NCBI GenBank assembly: GCA_963815195.1
Contig: CAWFGE010000024.1
Location: 65,540-129,539, forward strand
Length of the DNA stretch: 64,000 bases
Direction: 5' to 3'
Origin: an uncultured Planctomycetaceae bacterium
GTDB taxonomy: Bacteria > Planctomycetota > Planctomycetia > Planctomycetales > Planctomycetaceae
Part shown: positions 51,197 through 64,000 of the stretch, one piece after another
How the letters are laid out: each line of letters starts with the position of its first letter
How positions within the stretch are numbered: the first letter of the stretch is position 1
Made by a program: the position numbers and the translations under genes
Notes under the pieces: generated by a model
Told to the model about the DNA's origin: nothing
The model's input: only the letters and a program-made list of their open reading frames with translations
Databases searched by the model: none

Positions 51197-54100
51197 TTGC
51201 CCTTGATGTCGTCCCCGATCCCTCTCCAAACGTCGAACCGCTCCGATCCGCTCGTGGCTCTCCCCGAACTGGACGAGACCCATGAGGAGAGATCCTCGCC
51301 GTGGATTATTCGATTCAATCTGACCTTTTTGTTCATTTGGCTGGGAATTTGGGCGGTTTTTGCGGTCGGGGTGCATCATCTGCACGAATACCAGATGCGG
51401 CGGCTGGCGGACACTTTACTGACTCGCGCGGAAGAGGCCCGCAAGACCGGGGATCTCCAGGAGACCTCGAAGTACATTAGCGAATATCTCGCGCTCCGGC
51501 CCGACGACTCGGAGCAGATCCACGAGTTGGCGTTGATCCGGATCGACGAGGCCAAGACCGTCCGCGAAAAAATCGCCGCCTACTTGATGTGCGAAGGAAT
51601 CTTGAGGCGGGAGCCGCGGCGGGAGGACATTCGCCGCAAAACGGTCGATCTCGCGCTGGGCGGGGGCCGGTTTTCCGAGGCGATCAGGCACTTGGATTAC
51701 CTCATTCGAAAGAACCCGGAGGATGTGGAACTGCGTCGCCTTCACGGGTTTTGTTGCGAAAAGCTCGGCCAGTACGAAAAGGCGGAGCAAGACTATGAAT
51801 TGGTGATTCAGCAGTTCCCGCACGATTTGGGGCTTTACATACGGTTGGGGAACATTCTGCGCGACGACTTGGATCAAGGTTCCGCGGCGGATTTCCTCAT
51901 CGATAAGATGGTGTCGAACAACAGCCAATCCTACGAGGCCCGCCTGGCCCGCGCCCGCCACCTGCGAGAACGCAAATTCGCCAAAGAGGCAGCGATCGAC
52001 GTAGAAACGGCCTACCAAATGGCCCCAAACGAACCGGAAGTGCTCGTGGCGGTCAGCGAAATTCTGGCCGATCAGCGGGGGCATTCCAGCGGGGGGCTGC
52101 GGTTTGATCTCCAAGATGTCCAATCGCGGATTGCGGAGCAATTGGACAAAAAGGCGGGCGATGTGCCGCTGATTCAAGCCTGGGCGCAATTGGAAACCCT
52201 CAAAGGGCGTCCGGATTTGGCGGCCGCGCGGGTGGAACAAGCCCTTCACGAGAAGCCCGGCGATCTCCAACTCCGGTCTCTGATGGCGGACCTGTTGATT
52301 TCGCAGGGCGAAATGGGAAAAGCCAAAGACGAAGTGCTGAGGCTGCGGGAACAAGGAGCCGATGCGGAGCTTCTCAAACTGTTCCAGGCCCGCCTGAGCA
52401 TGTTGGAAGGGAACTGGCATGCCGCCGTCCAAACGCTTCAATCCATTCAAGTCACCGTCCGGGGCCGCTCGAATTTGCGGAATACGGTGAATTTGTGTTT
52501 GGGCACGTGTTACCAAAAAATCGGGCACCACTATCGTGAACTGACGGCGTATCAACGGGCCGTGGATGGCGACCCGCTTTCCGGCAGCGCGCGAATCGGG
52601 TACGCCGCAGCGCTTGAGAAGACGGGGCAGTTGGAAGAAGCACTTTTTCATTACCGCCAAGTCAAGGAATGGCCTGGAGTGTCCATTGCGATTGCCCGGC
52701 TGGAGAGCCTGCGCAATCTCCAATTAGCCGAAGACGAGCGGGATTGGAAGCAGGTGGAAGTCGATTTGAACGCGGCCGCGGGCGATCCAGGCAATCTCGT
52801 CAGCGTGCTCCTGCTCCGGGCGGACATGATGCTCTCCCGGAAAGATTTTGAGGAAGCCAAAAACATTCTGGAGAGCGGAATCCGCCGTCATCCGCGAGAC
52901 GCCTCGCTTCCTGTGGCGTTGGCGTCCGTGGCTCGTCAAGAAGGCGACAGCGCGGAGGCGCTGCGGATTCTGGACGAGGCCGAACGCCGGATGGGGCTCG
53001 TCCCGCAACTGTTTTTGGGGCGGATTGAATACTTCGCGTTTCTCGGGGGCATTGCGGGACGGGCTGGGCTTTTGGAGTTGGCCAAGCGCCGCGATCGGTA
53101 CTTCCGGACGCCTCTCGAACAATTCCAGGCCCTCCGCGATTTGGCTGCGGGCCACGAACAAATGGGCGATTTGGCAAACGCCCAGCGGTTGTGGCAAGAA
53201 ATCTCGGAAGCTAGTCCAAACGATCTGGGGGCACACCGCCGGTTGTTGCAATTCGCGCTGGAAATGCAGGCCGACGCGGAGATTCGCCAGGAAATCGCCG
53301 AACTCAAACGGCTGGAAGGCGACGGCGGCGTCTATTGGCGTTTGGGCGAAGCAATGCGGCTGATGATCCAAGCCCGCAAAGGCAGCTTGGTGTCTTTAAG
53401 AGACGTTCGGGATTTGCTGGACGACGTGGAGCGCGAGATGAACCGCTCCTCGGCCTTGGGGATCGCCCGCGCGGAACTCGCGGAACTCGAGGGCAATCCC
53501 AATGCGGCCATCGAGCAATATCACGCGGCGATCGTGTATGGGAATCGATCGCCCGCCGTGATTCTGCGGCTGGTCACGTTGCTTAAGCAGCAACGCAGGT
53601 ACCACGAAATCCAAGACATCCTCGATCGCACCCAGCAGGTGGCTACGGGAACCCTGCAACTCTTGGCGGCGGAGGCTTCGCTTCAGACCGACAACGTGCC
53701 GTCGGCTTTGGAGCACATTCGCCAATTTTTGGTTTCCAGTCGCGGGAACTATCTGAATCAGTTGCGTTTGGGGCAGTTGGAACTCCTGCAAGGCAAGGAG
53801 GAAGAGGCCGGGCGAAATTTCCGGCAGGCGATGGAAATGGAGCCGACCCGTCCCGAACCGTGGGTCTTTCTGGTGAGCTTTCTCAGCCAAACGGAGCAGA
53901 AGGAACAGGTCTTAAAAGCCATCGAACAGATGCGGGACGCGGTCTCGCCGGAAGACGTCACTTTAACATTGGCTCAGTGTTACGAAGCCTGCGGCCGTTT
54001 GCCCGAGGCGGCCAAAAACTTTCAAAAGGCGTTTGAGGAAGATCCGGGAAACCCCAACACGCTGGCCAGCGTCGCTAACTTTTATGTGCGCCAAGGGGCG

Positions 54101-55577
54101 GCCGGTCAGGCGATGCCGTTGTTGCGAAAGCTGCTGGATTCCAAATTGAACACGCCGCCCGCCATGAAGTGGAGCGCCCGCCGGTCCTTGGCTTTGGGGC
54201 TTGCCTCACAGCAGCCGGCCAGTTATGTGCGGTTCCAGGAGGCATTGGATTTGATCGAAGACAACCTGGAGGCGACCCGAAAACTGTCGTCCCGCGCGGA
54301 GGGCGCGACGGAGGATCTTTTGATCAAGGCCCAACTGCTCGCCTCCCGATCGGAACTGCGTTCCAAACGCCAGGCGATCGTGATTTTGCAATCGCTCGAT
54401 CAGCAAAATCGCATTGGGCCGGCCGAGCAGTTCCAGCTACTACAATTGTACGTTGGAGTCGATCGCTGGATGGAGGCCCGCTCGCTGATAACCTCCTTGC
54501 TGCGCATGCGCAGCGACAATGTGGATTATCTCGTGTTTGGTTTGAGAGCCATGTTTTCGCACGGGGAGTTTTCGGGGCTGGGGCAGTATTATCTGGAAAA
54601 ACTGGTACAGAAAGAGCCTCATTCGCTCAGGTGTCTCGATCTCCAGGCCCGGGCACTGATTGCGGCGAACAACATCCCCAATGCGAAGGAACGGCTCAAG
54701 GAGCACCTGCAATCCAAATCCGAGGACCAACATTACGACGTTTACTTGGTCGCGATCGCGACCTTGTTCGCGGATCTCTCGGAGGAACTGGAACGCGTGG
54801 GACGCACGCGGTCAGCGCGACTTCGCAGCGGAAGCGGAGTCGCTGTTTCAGCAATCCGTCAAGCGTTCCCCCGCTGGGACCTTGGCCTATGTGCGGTTTC
54901 TCCGTCAGCAGCGGCGGATCGACGAAGCGTTCAAGATCTGTGGAACCGCCTGGAATGCCGTCCCCGCCGTCGAAGTCGCCAAAGCCTTTGTGGAACTGGC
55001 CCGGACCCGGCAGCTGGATCGCCCCCAAATCGAACAAACGCAGCGGCAACTGGAAATCGCGATTCAAAACAGTAAAGAACCGGGCCGACTTCTCTTGGAA
55101 CTGGCGAATCTCGCCAATATCGCGGGAGATTATTCGGCTGCCGAAAAACATTACCGGCGATCGCTGGAGTTGATTCCGGACAATCCCGCCGCCTTGAACG
55201 AATTGGCCTTAGTTTTGGCCGTAAAAGACAAAGACCTCCCGGAGGCGCTTCAACTCATCGACCGGGCGATGGCGATGGCCGGCCCCTTACCCACGCTTCT
55301 GGACACACGCGCCACGGTCTACATCGCTCAGAAACGCTACCAGGACGCCATCGGCGACCTCAAGGAGGCGCTGGCCGATGGTCCCGGCCCGGAAATGCAG
55401 TTCCATTTGGCGGTGGCCTATCGAGCGCGGGGAGAGACCCAAACCGCGCGGCGGGCGTGGGAAGCGGCCAAACGAGACGGACTAGGGCCCCAGAATCTCA
55501 TGCTTCCCGAACGGCGACAGTACGAAGAAATGCAAGGCCTTTACAGTTCTTCGCCATCGCGCAAGCCCGGAACCTGA
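51197..55577 (+). CDS. Very large membrane-anchored TPR protein (reminiscent of PEP-CTERM system PrsT), frameshift near 54810
   Basis: N-terminal TM, continuous TPR helices, C-terminal NPAALNELALVL...LLDTRATVY...FHLAVAY. Confidence 0.88.
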
Positions 55578-55690
55578 AAATTTTCTCACTAATTCTTCAA
55601 AAAATGGAATTTTCCCAGTTGCGATCGGCCGGGGATCTTGTTGAAATGTGCAAGGTAGGTATTTTGATTAGGTCAATTACATTAACCTCC

Positions 55691-56646
55691 ATGAGGTTTT
55701 CCCCGATGCGTACCGGTCTTGTTTTTATTGGGATTGTTTTTGCCACGGCAAACATTTCCCAGGCGGGAAGCCAGCTTCTCGACTTCACCCAGTCTGGAAC
55801 TCTGTATTATCAAGGGGCTGAGGGAAAGTTGACGGGCACGACCGGCGGAGAAGCGGTTTTTCGGATCCCGACGATGACGCAAGCAGTCGGCACTGGCGTG
55901 ATCGACTCTTTCTTGCGCCTCCAGGCCAATCCTGCCAGCGGAACCGCCAGCCCGGAAATGGCATTCAATACGGACGCCCGTGACGTTGTTTTTAAGAATG
56001 GAACGGTTACTGACGCAAAGACTGACCCTAACTTCACCCGATCGATCACGTTGGGGGAGATTCCGGTGGTCAATATCGGCGGCACCGATTATCGAGAGTT
56101 TGCATTAGACATCAACGAACCCTCGGCCGACACGAAAAGCACCTTATCGTTGAACGAATTGCAATTCTTCGTGGATACTACCGCCAGCGCGGATTCCAAG
56201 AACTACGCGAACAATTACCACTTGAGTTCACCTGATAATCGAACGCTGGAAACCCAAAATGGGACGATCCTTAATCCTGTGTTCGATTTAGGCACAATGG
56301 GCACCGGATCGGCAAATACGGTGCTCCTAGATTACAATTTGATCGGTGGGGGCAGCGGACAAATGTTTGACTTGCTCGTGTATATCCCGGACGCCGATTT
56401 TGACGGTTTTTCCAACAACGATCATGTCATCCTCTACAATATCCTGGGAGCCTCAAACGGTAACAAGGCGGATCCCTACGATGCCCAAGGCGGGTTTGAA
56501 GAGTGGGCCGTTTTCCAAAGCAGCAGCGAGGGGCCGACTCCGGGGCCTTCGGTCGATTCCCGAACCGTCTTCGACATTACTTTCGCTAGTCGGGTCTCGG
56601 CCTTGTGTTCGCGGTCCGTTTCCGAAAACGGGCGGCTGCCGCCTGA
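55691..56646 (+). CDS. PEP-CTERM sorting-domain surface protein
   Basis: Signal peptide; GTGVIDSFLRLQ, EFALDINEP, GGFEEW; tail IPEPSSTLLSLVG-LGLVFAVRFRKRAAAA-stop recovered across two frameshifts. Confidence 0.85.
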
Positions 56647-57208
56647 AAGGGTCGATTCACTGGGTCCTTGCGATCGATCTCCAAGAACCACTTCTGGAAA
56701 CGAAAACCGTGTTCCGGAAGTGGTTGATTTATTCTGGACCCTTGGTTTCCCCTGCTTGAAGGATTGTTCCATCACCCAATCCTCACAATTAGGCGATCCC
56801 CGGAAAATTGGGAAATGTTTGGGGGGAATCCGCAAATGGTTGAATCCAGCCGGAAGACTCGGAATAATATCCATTTGTTGAGAAAGCAAAACGGGATCCC
56901 TCCCACAGACCTGCCCATCCGTGAGCGAGCTTTGTTTGGATTTGCATTGCTGCCATGACCAAACATCTTTTCATGACCGAGGTGGCCCGGATCGCCCAAA
57001 GTCAGCGTGCTCTGACCAAGCCGCAAGACTCGGCCCGGCCGAATCTGCCCAAGGTTTCGTTTGGTTGGTGTTGTTTCAGGGCCGCGTCTAAAAACTCTTC
57101 CCGGCTTTTCCAGTTAACGAAAGCGTGCAGTCACTCCGATTGGGCAGCGCGAGGGCTGGAAATCTCTCGAATATAGTTGCAAATTGGACAAACTGACCAG
57201 GATACGCC

Positions 57209-60200
57209 ATGTCAAAGCGTCGAAAACCCGCCGGAAAAATCCCGTCGCCTCAAGCCGCCGAGTCGCCGCAGGCCGATGACCCGAGCGCGGTGATCATCAA
57301 GCGGGTCAACACCCGGTTTATCGTGATTGCGCTTGGACTTTTTGCGGGGTTCGGGGTTGGAGTGCATCTTCTGCACGGCGTCCAAGTCGAAGGCAATGCC
57401 GGGACATTGAAGACACGCGCGGAAGCCGCGGAGGCTGAGGGCAAATACCCAGAAGCCGTCGCCTTGCTCCGCCAGTATCTCAATTTTCGCGAAAACGATT
57501 ACGACGTCCAGTTGCATTCGTTGCGCCTGCGGGACGGTTTGGCGACCAGCTACGAGGCCCGCGCGCAAATCCTCTTGGGATATGAGGAGCTCCTGCGCCG
57601 CGATCCCAGCCGGCCGGACGAACCCGAGATTCGTCAAGGACATCGCCGCCCTCGCCATGAATGTCCGAGAATTCGGCGTGGCCCACCGCCATCTCGAAGC
57701 GTTGCTGGACGATGGAGAATTCCGCGAGAAGCACCGCCGAGGAACTTCCGGAACTCACGTATCAATGGGGGCTGTGCTATCAGGCGGAGGGCCGGATCAA
57801 GGACGCGTATGAAAAATACGTGAGCGCATTGGAACTCCAGTCCAAACCGGTCGCACCAATACAGGTATTATCTGCCGTTGGCCGCTTTGTTTGCGGAAAA
57901 ATATCACGACCTCCCGCACCGCGACGAGTTCGGCGGACAACGCGGCGACATTGCGCCAAAAAAATTGCAGCGTTATTGCCCCTGAAAAACGCAGTCCCCA
58001 ACAACAGGCGGATCCGACAAGAGCGAACGGCGATCATTGAAAGACAGAAGATCCGAATTTCGAGGGGCAGGCCGCGGCGGATCAGATTTTGAGTTGGATG
58101 ATCGAAAACGTCCGGGAGTCCGAAGACGCTCCGGCTGAAACCTCAAGAAAGGCCCCGAACGGCCAAGGCCGTTTTGGCCCGAGCGGATTTTCGAGTCAGA
58201 CAACGGCGGTACGACGAGGCCCGAACAGACGTGGAACAGGCCCGGTCGCTCGCGGCCCCGGATCCCCAACTACTGCGGTTTTCGGCGGAATTGGCCCTCG
58301 AGCAGGCTCGACAATTGCGATTTCTGGGAAAGCAGTCCGGGTATTTCGAGTCGATTCGATTGGCCCGCCGGGATGCCGAAGCGGGGCGCTCTCTCAAACC
58401 GCACGATCCGCGGTTTCACCTTCTCCAATCACGAATCGAAACCGAAGCCCGCGAAGGCCTCTTGTTGACGCCTGCGGTCGCCGAAAAACCGGGGAAGAAA
58501 CAACCGCAATTTCCGGCGGGAATGAAGGACTTTTACAAACAGCAGCAGTGGATACACTTTCAAAATGCGGAAAAGGCCCTCCGCGGCGGCCTCGATGCGG
58601 TCTCCCAGTCCGAAGAGGACTTGAAAGATCAGAAACCGACGCGGATGAGCCAGCGGATGAGGGACACCGATCCGTCCCTCAATCGCTTTCAAGTCGCAAA
58701 CCTAGGTATTGAGCTTCGCTGGTCGCTGGCGGACACGCTGATCTCCGAGTATGAACTCGCGGTGGAAGGCCTCACCGACGCGGGTCGGAAACAGGAATCG
58801 CTCAAATCGCTTCAGAACAATGTCAACGAGCAGATGGATGCATTGAAAAAAGCCGGGGCCTCGACGGGGGTATTGGACTTCTTGAAAGGCCGGCTGGCCA
58901 TGGCGGAGGAGAATTGGAAGGATGCCGCCTGGACACTCGAGCTAACCCGGGGGCGACTCATTGGGCCGAACGGAAATGCTTCATCGGATCGATCTGCTGC
59001 TCGATGAATGCTATACCCGCATGGGAAACCCCGATCAGCGATTGCAAGTGGCCCTCCGCGCGTGCGAGAGACTCCCAAATGGCTCCCGGCGCAATTGTCG
59101 CTGCCGTTTTTGTTCCAAGCGGCCAATCGCACGGACGAGGCCATCAAGGCCTTTGGTTATTTAGACTATCTAAAAGTGGTTCCGGAAATGGCCCTGGCCC
59201 AGGCGCGCTCTGCAGATGCGGAAGGAACTCCTCTACAAATCCGCCGAAGACCGCAACTGGAAAGCGATCTATGACGCGACTGGATGACGCGGACTCGCAA
59301 TCCATCGAGGCGAAAATTCTGCGGGCCGAAGTCAACAGCCTGGAAGCCGAGCAACTTGCAGACCAAGGAAAACAAACAGAGTCTCTTGAAAAATACAATG
59401 TCGCGGAGAAACTGTTGAACGACGCTCTCAAGGCCTCTCCCCAAAGCCCCGAAGTGCGGTCCGCCCGCGCCATGTTGGAACTGAAGCTCCCCTTCCCGGA
59501 GCATCGAACCGCCGCGGACCGTATCCGCGCCGCCGAGAAGATCCTGGAGCAGGCCCATCAGGAAATCGGCGATCATCTTACGCTGCGTTTGGCCGCGGCA
59601 CGGGTTGCCCGGCTGCTCCCGGTCGCCGATTCCTTGTCTGTTTTATCCGATTTGGAAAAGCCTGCCTTGTCGCCCGACGAGCAAGCCGAGTTGCTCGAGG
59701 GGCTGGGGCAGGCTTATGACTTCCTGGCAAGCCGCACGTCCGACGCGGAGCAAAAACAAACCGCCCAAGACCGAGCGATGGCCGCGTTCAAACAGGCCGC
59801 TGAATTGCAGCCCCAGAACATCGCCAGGCAAATCGCCTTGGTGGAGTTCGCCATTCGATTGGAAGTCCCGGCCGCCATCGATGCCGCCATTGCCCGCGTG
59901 GAGAAGCTGGAAGGCCCGAATGGTCCGAACGGCAATTATTTGAAAGCCCAAAAGCTGTTGGCGAAGGTCGAAGAACCCGGAAGCGTCTTCCGAAAATGCC
60001 AAACTCAGCGTGAAAGACCGGCAAGCTCTGAATCAAGCCCGTGAGTTGCTGCTTCAGGCGAAGAAAGACCGGATGCTTTGGGCCGTGCTGCCCCGGACAT
60101 TGGGGAACGTGGAATGGCTGCTCGGAGATCGGGCGACCGCCGCCGACCACTATGCGGAGGCTTTTGAGTTGGGCGACCGGTCAGGGACAATGGTTGACCG

Positions 60201-62408
60201 GTTGCTCGATTACTACTGCGCTTCATCAAAAGGCCAGAGAAGCCGATGAAGTGCTGCAGCGAGTCTCGGTCGATAGGCCCCTTCTGCTCACGGAGGGACT
60301 CGCGGAAACGTACAGCGCGATGCAGGATCGTTCGGAAGATGAGTTCTTGATCTTTCTCAGCCTTTGGAGGTCATCACGAGGACTTCGAGGTAAGGATGTT
60401 CTTGACCCCTTGAAGCAAGCTTGCAATTTGGCCCCCGCCAAATCCGCACCCCTGGTTCCATCTTGTGAATGCCTATGTTCGCGAGGGCAATCTGAAAGAG
60501 GCGAAAGACGCGATTGAACGGGCCCAAAAGAACATCAAACCGGCACAGAATGCCCGTCCCTATGAGAAAGCGCTGATTTTGGCAGTCTGCTATGAATTGG
60601 TCGGCGATCGAGCCCAGGCCGAGCGCCAATACCGCGAGGCGCTCAAAGTCGCCGGCGACGACTCCCAAGGATGATCGCTGAATTGCAGAGCCAATTGATT
60701 AGATTCTATCTCCGCTCCCCCAAAACGGATCCCGAGCAACAAAAGGCCGACTACAAAACGGCCCACCAGTTGATGGATGAGTTACTCGATGCCCCCAGCA
60801 CTCCTCAAAGAATTCGCCAAAATCTGCTGTCGCACCAAAGCCCTGCTGATGGCCAACGGCGGAACCTACGCCGATACGGAACTCGCCCTCGAGTTTCTGA
60901 AGCAGAACGCCGCCAAGGACAAGGTTTCTGCCGAGGATCTCCGCACCGAAGCCAAAATCCTGCTCGCCCGCAACCGTTACCAGGACCGCCTGGCCGTGAT
61001 CAAAATCCTGGAAACTCTGGCGGATCAAAATGAACTGAAACTCGACGAGCAATTCCTCTTGGCCCGGACCTACGAAAAGACGAAACAATGGCCCTTGGCC
61101 AAGCTTCAATATCAACAAATCGTGAAGTCCACTCGGGATGCCGCTGTCCTTGCCAGATACACCTACAGCTTGATCGCTCACGAGGAATTGGAGGAGGCGA
61201 AACCCTGGCTCGATCAGCTCAAGCAAACGCAAAAAGACTCCTTTGGAATCACGTTGTTGGATGCGTCGTTTCAACATGCCAGCGGTGACGTTGATGCCGC
61301 AGTCCGTCTGGTCCAACAGGGAATCGACAATTTGGCGGATGTGGATTCTCCGATCAGGCCGTCGCCGATCTGGTCGTCGCGGGCAAGCTGGAAGAAGCTG
61401 TGGAATCATTGGAAACCCAGGCTCGGGCGAAAGACGACCGGGAATCGCTCTGCGGCCCTTGGGAAAGTTCGTCATCTGCTGGCCGGATGGCAACGCCACT
61501 CAAGCGGCGGAAACACTCACACGGCAATTGACCGCTTCGAACCTGCAATTTGGCATTCGTGTTTTTCAGCTAAAGGCCGCCATAGGACTGTTGGATGATT
61601 GGGGGCAACTCGGACCGGCCGAGGCCATCATCCGTCAAATGCTCGACATATCTCAGCGACCAGAAGATGTCTTAATGCTTGTTTCCTATGTCGCTCGCCA
61701 GGGCCGAATTGAGGAAGCCTTGGAATTGTGCGAACAGGCGTGGGAAGCTTGCCCGGCGGAAAGCGTGGGGGGCATCTGCGTGGGGGTTGTCCGCACGGGA
61801 AAAGCTTCCAAAACGCAGATCGACGTCGACGGAATCCCAATTGCAAGCCGCAATAAATACGCAATCCGGAATCCATAGCGTTGCAGATTCATTTGGCAGA
61901 CTTGCGGGATTTTCAAGGCCGATATGACGAAGCCCAGCAAATCTATGAAAAGGTTCTCTTGAAGAAACCCGAACCACTCACTGCCCTCAACAACTCGCAT
62001 GGTTGATGGCTGTGGGCGGTCAAAACTCCAAGGCTGGCCGTCCAATACATTGACTTCGCCGTCAATCAGGGCGACAAGTTGGTGGGTCCGATACCTGAGC
62101 TTTTGGATACACGTGCGATTGTGTATTTGAGGGCGGGAAAGACTCTCGCCGCCCTTGTCACATGAAGAAATGCCATAGCGGTCGCTTCTGAACCTGCCCC
62201 GATGCTGTACTTTCATTTGGCAGAAGCGTATTTGGCGAACGGCGAGACCGCCGAGGCGAAAGTCGCATTCGAAAAGGCCAAATCCCTGAAAGCTGAAGAT
62301 TTCCACCCCTTGGAACGTCAAAGCTTTAAACGAGTGGCGAAAAACGCTGAGCGGCCCCTGAGAGAGTTTTTTGAGAAATTTGCTAAAATAGGAAAACAAC
62401 GCTTGTAA
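57209..62408 (+). CDS. Second very large membrane-anchored TPR protein, heavily frameshifted
   Basis: N-terminus paralogous to 51197 (R.N..F...GVH.LH..Q...A..L..RAE); successive TPR-like ORF pieces; C-terminal LLDTRAIVY and YFHLAEAY. Confidence 0.75.
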
Positions 62409-62489
62409 ATGGGGTATTGCCTTGGGTACATTGGTACGTGTCCAGGAATTGATTCACTGATCTGTTTTGTTGCGTTACCATAGACAATT

Positions 62490-62924
62490 ATGGGCTTCAG
62501 GGTTCACAACTTACTCCTCGCTTTTGGCTGCGGAATTGCTTTTTGGGCTTTTTCCTGCACCGCCAAGGCGGGATTTGTTGTGAATTGCCTCGGTTCGGTG
62601 ACGAGCGAAACATCGCTCCCCGTGGGTGTGGGTGAAGCGTCGGGCAGCGGCGATGAAAGCCGGCGGCTTCGCAACAACTTTGGGAGAATATCACCCAAGT
62701 GGCATTTTTCGCGACGCTCAGAAGTGCCGGAAGTATGGCTGCTCCGTCGGTCTCGGTCTCACCTGGTACGGACCCCGCCCAGTTTGCTCCTTTCGCCGTC
62801 CCTCGACCGATGGCCGGTCAATTCGCATATCGGCTTGCTCCCCAACATGACGCATATCATCCGGTAAATCAAATCGCGAATCTTCCGCCCTCCTCGAAGC
62901 GAAGTGACCCGACCACTTTTTTAA
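62490..62924 (+). CDS. Small exported protein ending near an RIFRPPR motif (frameshifted; exact stop uncertain)
   Basis: Signal peptide ...AFSCTAKA; Ser/Pro-rich middle in a second frame; TCG CGA ATC TTC CGC CCT CCT CGA at 62874-62897. Confidence 0.55.
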
Positions 62925-62967
62925 TTGTCTCGGTTTGTTCACAAATGTTTCTTGGAGATTTTTTAAT

Positions 62968-63912
62968 ATGAAAATGCACAAGTTTCTTGTGTTGGCGTGT
63001 GTTTTGGCGGTGACGCCCCTTTCCAATGCTTTTGGTGGCTTCACATCTCCTCGCTTCCTGGGAATGAGGTCAACAGGGCTCAGGATGTGGATGCGGAAGC
63101 CGTCATCAAAGCAAATCCGAATGGTGATCCAAACCATCTAGAAACGGGGGATTTGGTTTTCGGTGTATTGAAGATCGACACGCTCTGGGCACCCCCGGGG
63201 CTCAATACCATTAGCCTAAATACTGGGCCTGATACATTCACAGGCGTCTTTCTCGCCCAGGTCGTTGGAACCCCGACATCCACTTCAGTGAGTTTCGGGC
63301 GGTCTCGCAAACGCTGTGGGACGCCGTGTTGCCAGTATTGGCATTCCATTGCTCACCCCGATGAAATCCGCTGATGGCACCATCATCTTTGCTTACGATG
63401 GCATTAACTACAACGATGCATCGATCAATACGGGATCAGCCGGAGATGCTGTGACATCCTTTATTAGCGGTGCGAATCTCCTGTGGGAGTTTGGATTCAC
63501 CGGCACGGGTGGTGCTGCTGGAACCAACAAATTCTTCACTGCAACCGATTCGGGTGGCGGTGCAAATGTAATCCAAGTTCCGCCCAGTGTTAATGAGGAT
63601 ATCAAAAACCGATTTGCGATGAACGTTACGGCCTATCACGCAGGTCCGCAGTTGTTACAGCACAATTACCTCGGGGATGTCGCTGGCAATTGAAGTTTCA
63701 CTGGACCTGGACGTGGACCAACGGACATTCAAGCTTCAGGTGGTTTTAACACTGGACAGCCTAATGATATTGGCGTGGAATCCAATACAACGTTTTATAT
63801 CAAACCAGTGCCGGAACCAACCAGCATTTTGCTGTTTGGCTTGGGTGTCTCAGTGTTGGGTGGATACGGCGATCGTCGTCGTAAGAGCCGGAACAATCAC
63901 GTTTCGGCCTAA
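62968..63912 (+). CDS. PEP-CTERM sorting-domain surface protein, frameshifted
   Basis: GGAG RBS, signal peptide MKMHKFLVLACVLAVTPLSNAFG, Gly/Thr/Asn-rich body, tail VPEPTSILLFGLGVSVLGGYGDRRRK. Confidence 0.88.
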
Positions 63913-63944
63913 ACACGCGGCAATTGGACCAAAACAATAGGGCG

Positions 63945-63980
63945 AGCCCTTCAGATGTATTCATCTGAAGGGCTTTCTTG
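63945..63980 (+). terminator. Probable intrinsic terminator
   Basis: 13-bp perfect stem AGCCCTTCAGATG / CATCTGAAGGGCT, 4-nt loop, T-rich tail, 32 bp after the PEP-CTERM stop. Confidence 0.8.
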
Positions 63981-64000
63981 TGTTCACAATCGCTTTTGGG

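Overview
GC-rich bacterial DNA with a gene inventory typical of Planctomycetota: DUF1501/DUF1553 genes, a planctomycete-type ECF sigma paired with a WD40 Ser/Thr kinase, two BlaI-M56 pairs, and PEP-CTERM/TPR genes. Many genes are broken by single-base indels, most likely uncorrected long-read errors, so several calls are stitched from 2-8 ORF fragments. In order: kinase plus ECF sigma; a SRPBCC / FabH-like / ThDP-enzyme / DevBCA-like exporter operon; an in-frame kinase-hemolysin III fusion; four hypothetical genes including a degenerate primase-like ORF; two convergent BlaI-BlaR1 (M56) modules with different palindromic operators; WD40-DUF1501-truncated DUF1553; an XPB helicase operon divergent from a SNF2 helicase; a 9.15 kb segment bounded by a 56-bp direct repeat of the SNF2 3' end; and two TPR + PEP-CTERM modules. 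The main highlight lies in the 9.15 kb segment: an adjacent aldehyde-deformylating oxygenase / acyl-ACP reductase pair (the cyanobacterial alkane pathway) whose ADO carries an extra CxxCxxxC motif. No rRNA, tRNA, CRISPR array, integrase or transposase was recognised. All family assignments come from motifs recognised by eye; no database search was run.
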